This document shows positions 56,730-64,000 of a DNA stretch of 64,000 nucleotides, in pieces. Both the position numbers and the translations under genes were made by a program. The notes beneath the pieces were generated by a model. That model was not told the origin of the DNA. It was given only the letters and a program-made list of their open reading frames with translations, and did no database searches. The DNA comes from Octopus vulgaris (lineage: Eukaryota). Numbering within the stretch: the stretch's first letter is position 1; each line of letters begins with the position of its first letter. The DNA is taken from NCBI GenBank assembly GCA_951406725.2, contig OX597829.1, positions 55,366,001 through 55,430,000 of the forward strand, read 5' to 3'.

Positions 56730-56875
56730 GTTTGTGTTTACGTCCCTATAACTTAGCCGTTCGGCAGAAGAGAGTGATCGAATAAGCACCAGGCTTACAG
56801 AGAATAAGTCCAGGGGTCGATTTCTTCGACTAAAAGGCGGTGCTCCAGCATGCCCACAGTCAAATGAGTGAAACA
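56075..56875 (+). mobile_element. SINE family A host copy split by a nested antisense copy
   Basis: Head 56075-56233; tail resumes at about 56720-56875. Confidence 0.8.
56281..56674 (-). mobile_element. SINE family A, young subfamily, nested
   Basis: Full length; (TA)n on both sides. Confidence 0.9.
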
Positions 56876-58952
56876 TTGGAGTAACGGGAGCTTTGGAAAA
56901 GAAATCTTTGGGAGGTCTGCAAACTACTTGAACCCTTTCTTCCTTAACTTGCTAAAAGATTAAACACAAACAAATGTAGCTTAATCGTGTAGTATAACAC
57001 GAAGACACCGTGTCCCCAACAAATATTATTGTACATAGACAAAACTCTGATGAAAGAGGAACAGGAGGAAGGGAGGGAGCGGCTGAGAAAGATCACAGAA
57101 TGGAGTGGAAAGGAAGACGGCAGAGAACATGAAATTTGCTGATGATCAGGAAACAGATTTGTCGAAAGGTTGTGCCTCTTGCTGTGCACTTATGGCCCTC
57201 CTCTGGCTATGGATTTAATTGATGATTGATTGCAGCATATGTTGCTGACTCAGAGGCAGGAAATATCAACAGCTGGTTTTACAAGTCATTGAATCAACAT
57301 TTCTAGCCATGTGTAGATTTTAAAGAAATATCGAATTAGAAAAACAGACGAAATACGCATACATGCGTCATGCGCGCGCACACACACACACACATGGACG
57401 TGCAGTGTAAATATAAAAGGTTCTTTATAAACCCCTACCTTTAGTTTCTGTTTAGCGAAGATGAAATAAACCAGGAAGTTTTGATAAATATTTCGTTGTT
57501 AAATCCAATTATATCGTTTGTTTTTTTCGATTTCTTTTCGCTTTCCCGTCTTATATTGATTTTTCTGTTTTCTAATTGTTTCTTTTCTTTCGAAAAAATA
57601 GCTTTTCCTTCTTGACCCTTTCTAAGGTATTCATGAACTCGAGAGGGTACCGCTCAAAAAAGAATATGGTCGACACGTAAAATACAATTAAATCAAATAA
57701 GATAAATATAAATAAAAATATATAATGCCACAGCATGGCCGCAGCCTTTGGGCTGAAACGCATAAAGTAATAAAAACAAGAACGAGGTGTCTTCGGAAAC
57801 TAGAAAATCGTTATAAAATATCTCATACAATTATAAAACGATTTAAAAGGTTTATAAAGGATAATTTATACAAACAGAACTACCCCTCCCCACACATGCA
57901 TGCACAAAGTCGAAAAACAAAACAAAAGCGAAAGAACAACCAAAAAAATCTTTGTTGTCGTGGAAACCAACAAATATAAAAGAAATTCTTTGATAATGGA
58001 AACTATTTGCAGTAACTTTTAAAATAAATTCAAATCTAAGCTGAAAATGAAGTGAATGTGTTAGTGGCTTACCATCCTAATTATATTTAAGCACAACTTT
58101 TAACCTTTTTAGATATTCCCATCTAAACAGTTCCTTGACGCTACTTTATCTTATCCTGATCTGCTAAACTGACATAATTATAGCTTTCTGCTTTATGATT
58201 TCCTCTTTTCGTTATTAAATCTGCAGCGGGTTTAATACAAAACCCATTATCTTCATTATTTAATCTATGTGTTAGTGATTTAAAATGTGTGTTTGAGCTT
58301 AGTTCTTCACGAACAGTTTCACGCCATCTATAAACAGAAAATAACTTACTTAATGCACCCCGTTTTCCATAATGTACTTATCCTTTACTACACAGGAAGA
58401 AAATAAAAAGCCGTGCTGAAGGCAAATAAAAAAAACAAAACAAAAATGAATAAATAAAAAGGCCGAGAAAGAGCAAAGTATTAACCTGAAATATCCCCAT
58501 TATTGACCTCAATACTTCGTCTACTCCTTCACCAAAACAACAGTATAATATTTAGTTCCGCCTTTTTACTTCCCGAGTAGAAACTCTGCCGGTTCTTTAT
58601 TTTATTAAGAGATAAGCGAGTACATTGTCTATAGTTTGCGATACGTGGCGTCACTTATTACGAATCTGTAATCTTTGTAGTAAAATTAGATAAAACATTT
58701 AGAAAGTTACTGAAAGCTGAATGCATCATTTCCAGCATAAATAGTCTTCAGGGCACGGAATAAGGAATTACTGAAAACTGATATGGCTTTATTTTCAGTG
58801 GATAATGCAAGTGTTTTAAAGGAGATATTAAATGGGAATATTTTAATTGCACTTAGGAATTAATGAAAAAAAGGGTAAAAGTATCAGTAGGTTTACAATT
58901 ATTGACGAAATTATGAGAGTAACTTTCAACCCTTTAATACATTTGTCTAACT

Positions 58953-59404
58953 CAGTGGTTCTTAACCGGGATTCGTGTGGCCCCTGGGGGTCCATACAAG
59001 ATTTTTTTGGGGTCCACGAAACAAAATAGTAAATTGGGGATCCACAGTAGTATTTGAAGGGCCCCTGAAAAATTTTTATTTTAGATGTAAGTAATTGGTA
59101 TGTATTACAAGAAACAGCTAGGTTTCCCTTTTTAACAATTTACATAGTTAAACCGGCAGAGATAAACAAAAAATACGTAGACCATCCGTTTTCGGCGTAA
59201 CAAAACCCCTAATCCTAACCCTAAACATTGGGTGTACGTATTCTTTACTTTCGCCAGTTGAACCTATAAAAGTTCATGTACGGAAAACAAAATACCAATC
59301 TGGAAAGAAGTTTCCATAAAATATCGAATGGCTATGGAGGTCCACCAGAATAAAATAGTAATCAGAGGGGTCCATAGATAAAAAAAAAAGGTTGAGAACC
59401 TGTG
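58953..59404. mobile_element. hAT (Charlie-like) MITE
   Basis: CAGTGGTTCTTAACC ... GGTTGAGAACCTGTG termini; repeated GGGGTCCA subterminal motifs; TSD degenerate. Confidence 0.7.
59155..59255. mobile_element. 101-bp mini-MITE nested in the hAT MITE
   Basis: Imperfect GGC..GCC TIRs; 9-bp TSD AGTTAAACC/AGTTGAACC; internal CCCTAATCCTAACCCTAA. Confidence 0.65.
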
Positions 59405-59584
59405 GTCAATCGTCAGGTAGCGATAAAACTACAACACTGTCACTGTTGTCTGATCTTAAGGTGTCAGTGACATTTTGTTGCTTTTGGAGACTGAGGACTT
59501 CAAAGTCTACATTGGCGGTAGAAACACAAGCAAGGACAAGAGCAAGTGTGATAACTTATCTACTTATGGTTTTCATAGCCATAT

Positions 59585-59850
59585 CTTTTACCTTTTACTT
59601 GTTTCAGTCACTGGACTGCAGTCATGCTGGAACACAACTTTAAGTTTTAGTCGAACGAATTGACCGCGGTACTTTACACTTTTTAATGAATATTACTTAT
59701 ACGTGGTCCAGCATGGCCGCAGTCAAATGACTGAAACAAGTAAAGGAATAAAAGAATACCATCAGTCTCTTTTGCCAAACCGCAAAATTACGAAGACGTA
59801 AAAAAAACTGAACACCAATGGTCAAGCAGTGAGAGTGGGACACTCACATA
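59585..59850 (-). mobile_element. SINE family A tail half, containing a plus-strand tail fragment at 59705-59757
   Basis: CTTGTTTCAGTCA..CATGCTGGA, with an inner CCAGCATGGCCGCAGTCAAATGACTGAAACAAG. Confidence 0.7.
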
Positions 59851-60133
59851 TGCACACAAACAAAACATACACTATGAATGAGTGACCGATGTTTGTACAC
59901 ACACACACACACACGAGTGAGTGGACAAACGAAAGGAAAAGACATAGTAGGAGTTACATATATTATTATTTAAAACAGATCAACTCGGATCCAGCAACTT
60001 AAAGTTTCGCAGGCCCCTTTACAGAAACCTTCAAACAGTTGGTAATCATCTGAGCAAGATCGAGCTAGGTCTCTGCAAGAATCCTGCGTAACTCTAAGTC
60101 GCATAAAGCCGAATTAAACCGTCTTAAATAATA

Positions 60134-60290
60134 GTCCCCGTAACGTAGCGGTTCAGTAAAAGAGACCGATAGAATAAGTACTAGGTTTAGAAAAAACAAG
60201 TTCTGGGGTCGATTTATTCGACTAAAAACCCTCCAAGGCGGTTCTCCAGGTCAGCCGCAGCCAAATGAATCAAGGAAGTAAAAGGATAAA
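60134..60290 (+). mobile_element. SINE family A 3' half
   Basis: GTCCCCGTAAC.TAGCGGTTC..AAGAGACCGATAGAATAAGTACTAGG. Confidence 0.8.
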
Positions 60291-60656
60291 CGAAGAGAAA
60301 AACCAAAAATATATATTCACACGACTGGAGATATATTAATTGTTTTACACAAATTAAGAACGTTTATCTGATATCAGCTTTTACTCCTTGTGATATATGG
60401 CTACTCATATATAAACATGGGCTGAGACTGCAGGCTCCACAGTGATTTCGATTTATGAACAGACAAGTCATGTTTCACGTGGTATGCCTTCGCATACTCA
60501 TTACGTTGACCGAAATAATGCAAACCCAGACCAAGAGAAACCAAAGAGCCTTGCTGATGATTAACAAATCGAGAACTTACTAAATTACGGAGATGTACTT
60601 GTATAGCAAGTGACTTGATCTGAGATCGTGTGATGAAACAAAAACAATTGCAGCGT

Positions 60657-60914
60657 GGAAGATATTTGTAAGCTATTCGAGAACACACACAGACAAAAAA
60701 AAAAGTTAGTTTCACTTCAACATTTAATATTTATTTGTGTCAAAATATGTTCGTCGCTTTGAAACCGCAATCTGTTCACTGACAAAATTTGATGCAGTGC
60801 CAATTTTTGTCGCGGTTTCAAAACGACGAAAATATTTTGATACAAATGAAAATTAAATTTTGAAGTGTAACTAACCGTTTTTCGGTGTTACTGAATGGCT
60901 TCCAAATATCTTCC
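60657..60914. repeat. Inverted repeat with a degenerate hammerhead topology
   Basis: GGAAGATATTTG..AAGC..TTC pairs with GAATGGCTTCCAAATATCTTCC; inner arms CAAAATA..TTCGTCG.TTTGAAACCGC and GCGGTTTCAAAACGACGAAAATATTTTG. Confidence 0.8.
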
Positions 60915-62340
60915 GTACTGGAACTTACAAAAGTTTTACATAGAATTAAACTACATTGATATGTAAAGGTAAATTATTTTCTTACAGCTTACCTTTCAGT
61001 AACGACGACTTTATGAGACGTTTCACTTCTTGACCCATAAAACATCTATTGCCAACATGACATCGGCATAAAAACGGTCTTCGCAAATGGCTTGCGCCAA
61101 AAACGGTTACATCCAGTAATCTATTTCCGAGCTGTCTTCTTGTCTGATGATCAACTGATATGTCGTCTGCTCTTTCCATTTGTTCACGTTATGCAGTGTT
61201 TTCTGCGCTTCGTATCATTACGAGATTATTTTCTCACATACTGTTTCCTTTTCCTTAATATTTCTTTTAAATATATTTAACAATTAATAAAATAACTAAC
61301 AAAAAAAACCCATTTCAACTACAACTAATGCATAATAAATGTTAGGTAATAGACATCTCTCAAAGGATATGCGTACATATTTTATACATACATACATAAA
61401 CATATACATGCATGTGTGAGTGTGTGTTTGCATGTATGAATATATAGCAGGGATCGAACCCGGATCTCTATATCCAAAGAAAAAGAAAACAACAAATAAC
61501 AGCAACTGAGAATATGATCGCGATTCACTACAATATTACCAACGTCTTGAAAACGTCGGACCATTCAAGACTCCACGTGCTGTCGGATCTGACAACAATT
61601 TCATCTTTAGTGTGTTTTTCCGAGCATGATCACCACTATATATCCAGCGCATTTTAGCCGCTACCGACAACGAAAGACGGACAGCAGACATCAGACCAGA
61701 CACAAAAGTCGGCAGTCAGTAGTTGAAGTAGCATCTGGCTTGAGTGCTGTCACAACAAAAAAATACAATGGAAAGTTTTTTTAAAGAATTTTTGCAAAGT
61801 AGTCAATTTCAAGGAGCATTTTCCTTGTTTCTGCCTGTCTCTGTCTCTCTTGTTTACTCTTGTGGGTTCGAGATCGTTGTGAATTCTTGGTAGGGAATAA
61901 GTCCCTACAAGTGGGTGCTGAAAAGCTCCTGGTTTTGGGCAAAACAAAATACAGAAAGATCAGTTAATTATGATCTTATTCAGCATGTTCCCATCTCAGA
62001 ATCACACAGTTATTGCAACAGTCCTTCAGTTTTTCTAAGCCCTTTAAAAAGAACTCGGAAAGTTTGGCTTCCAACCTGGCCCTTCCCGATACCCTTAATG
62101 CCAGGAACTCTTCAGCACCCTACCACCTCGTATGTATGAGAACGTGTGCACGATGCTGTGTCTTTCATATTCACGAACAGTTTGCAGTTAAAAACGTTTA
62201 TAGTTTAAGGAAATGCGAGGCCATCTGGACTCGCTGTTACTTTTGAAGTGAAGTTTTGATCATACAAAAGCGGAGTCTTTAGATGGAAGATTTCATATAT
62301 ATATATGTTTGTGTGTGTGTGTGTGTGTGTGTGATATATC

Positions 62341-62342
<2 letters not shown>

Positions 62343-62372
<30 letters not shown>

Positions 62373-63328
62373 TGTATGTATGTATGTATGTATGTATGTA
62401 TGTATGTATGTATGTATGTATGTATGTATGTATGCATGCATGTATGTATGTATGCATGCATGTATGTATGTATGTATGTATGTATGTATGTATGTGTGTA
62501 TGTATGTATGTATGTATGTATGTATGTATGTATGTTTGTATGTATGTATGCATGTATGCATGTATGTATGTATGTATGTATGTATGTATGTATGTATGTA
62601 TGTATGTGTGTATGTATGTATGTATGTATGTATGCATGCATGTATGTATGTATGTATGTATGTATGTATGTATGTATGTGTATGTATGTATGTATGTATG
62701 TATGTATGTATGTATGTATGTTTGTATGTATGTATGCATGTATGCATGTATGTATGTATGCAAGTATGTATGTATGCATGTATGTGTGTGTGTATGTATG
62801 TATGTATGTATGTATGCATGTATGTATGTATGTATGTATGTATGTATGTATGTATGTTTGTATGTATGTATGTATGTATGTATGTATGTATGTATGTATG
62901 TATGTATGTGTGTATGTATGTATGTATGTATGTATGTACGTATGTATGTACGTATGCATGTATGCATGTATGTATGTATGCATGTATGTATGTATGCATG
63001 TATGTGTGTGTGTATGTATGTATGTATGTATGTATGTATGTATGTATGTATGTATGTATGTATGCATGTATGTGTGTGTGTATGTATGTATGTATGTATG
63101 TATGTACGTATGTATGTACGTATGCATGTATGCATGTATGTATGTATGCATGTATGTATGTATGTATGTATGAATGTATGTATGTATGAATGTATGTATG
63201 TATGTATGTATGTATGTATGTATGTATGTTTGTACGTATGTATGTACGTATGCATGTATGTATGTATGTATGTATGTATGTATGTATGTATGTATGTATG
63301 TATGTATGTATGTATGTATGTATGTATG
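62343..63328. repeat. ~1-kb (TATG)n array with variant units
   Basis: Seen directly. Confidence 0.95.
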
Positions 63329-63658
63329 GCAAGCTTTCTATGGTTGCACAGTGTGTTGTCCCTAGCTTTTAATACATAACACATTTATGCCGTACAGTTG
63401 TATTCCCTCGCGTATTCTGGTCTAGCGTTCATTTTTAACCGCGCTCGCATGGATCAGGCGTTGAAATTTCCCATACACAGATTAATTTTCACGCGAGACT
63501 AGAAACGAATATGCTCATTTACAACCCTCACGTGATGTCAAGACAAGGGTATAGACCGACACATACGTGTGTATATATATGTGTGTGTGTGTGTGCGTAT
63601 ATATATATTTGTATGTGTGTATATGCGTATGTGTGTATATGTATATATGCGCCCGCTC

Positions 63659-63717
<59 letters not shown>

Positions 63718-63729
63718 CATATATAATGT

Positions 63730-63871
63730 ATAAGAAGCTTGCTTCCCAAGCACATGGTTCCGGGTTCAGTCCCACTACGTGGCACGTTGGCCAGTTGTCT
63801 TCTACTATAGCCTTGAGCCGACCAAAGCATTGTGAGTGGATTTGGGAGACGGAAACTGAAAGAAGCCCGTC

Positions 63872-63914
<43 letters not shown>

Positions 63915-64000
63915 TATGTTTGCCCCGGCCGTCGCTTGACAACCGATGTCGGGGTATTTATGTCCCCATAACTTAGTGCGGCATAAGAGACCGGTAGAAT
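63730..64000 (+). mobile_element. SINE family A, running off the window edge
   Basis: Head, core, (TA)n and start of tail. Confidence 0.85.

Noticed and set aside
62279-63384. Long ORFs of about 280-360 aa on both strands
   Set aside because: Translations of the stop-free (TATG)n array. The same applies to all YI, CV, HT and LSIY low-complexity ORFs in the track.

Overview
AT-rich, microsatellite-dense animal genomic DNA. The SINE types and repeat landscape suggest an octopus (inference). No prokaryotic features are present. The only supported host gene is the first coding exon of a nidogen/NIDO-domain protein (35622-35855, +); I found no exon 2, so the rest of the window is probably intron 1. 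The remainder is mobile-element debris: more than 20 CORE-like tRNA SINEs with an internal microsatellite, about 8 Meta-like SINEs, V-like SINEs, R4/Dong, Tx1, CR1-group and Penelope retroelement remnants, several Tc1/mariner relics, and piggyBac, hAT and GG..CC MITEs. Most interesting: (1) five unrelated inverted duplications, each with a hammerhead-like, often variant-core motif, consistent with Penelope-type termini; (2) two SINE-LINE 3'-tail pairings visible within the window, one involving a Tx1 element; (3) microsatellite-targeted insertions; (4) MITEs carrying telomeric CCCTAA repeats. Repeat boundaries are approximate and all calls were made by eye.
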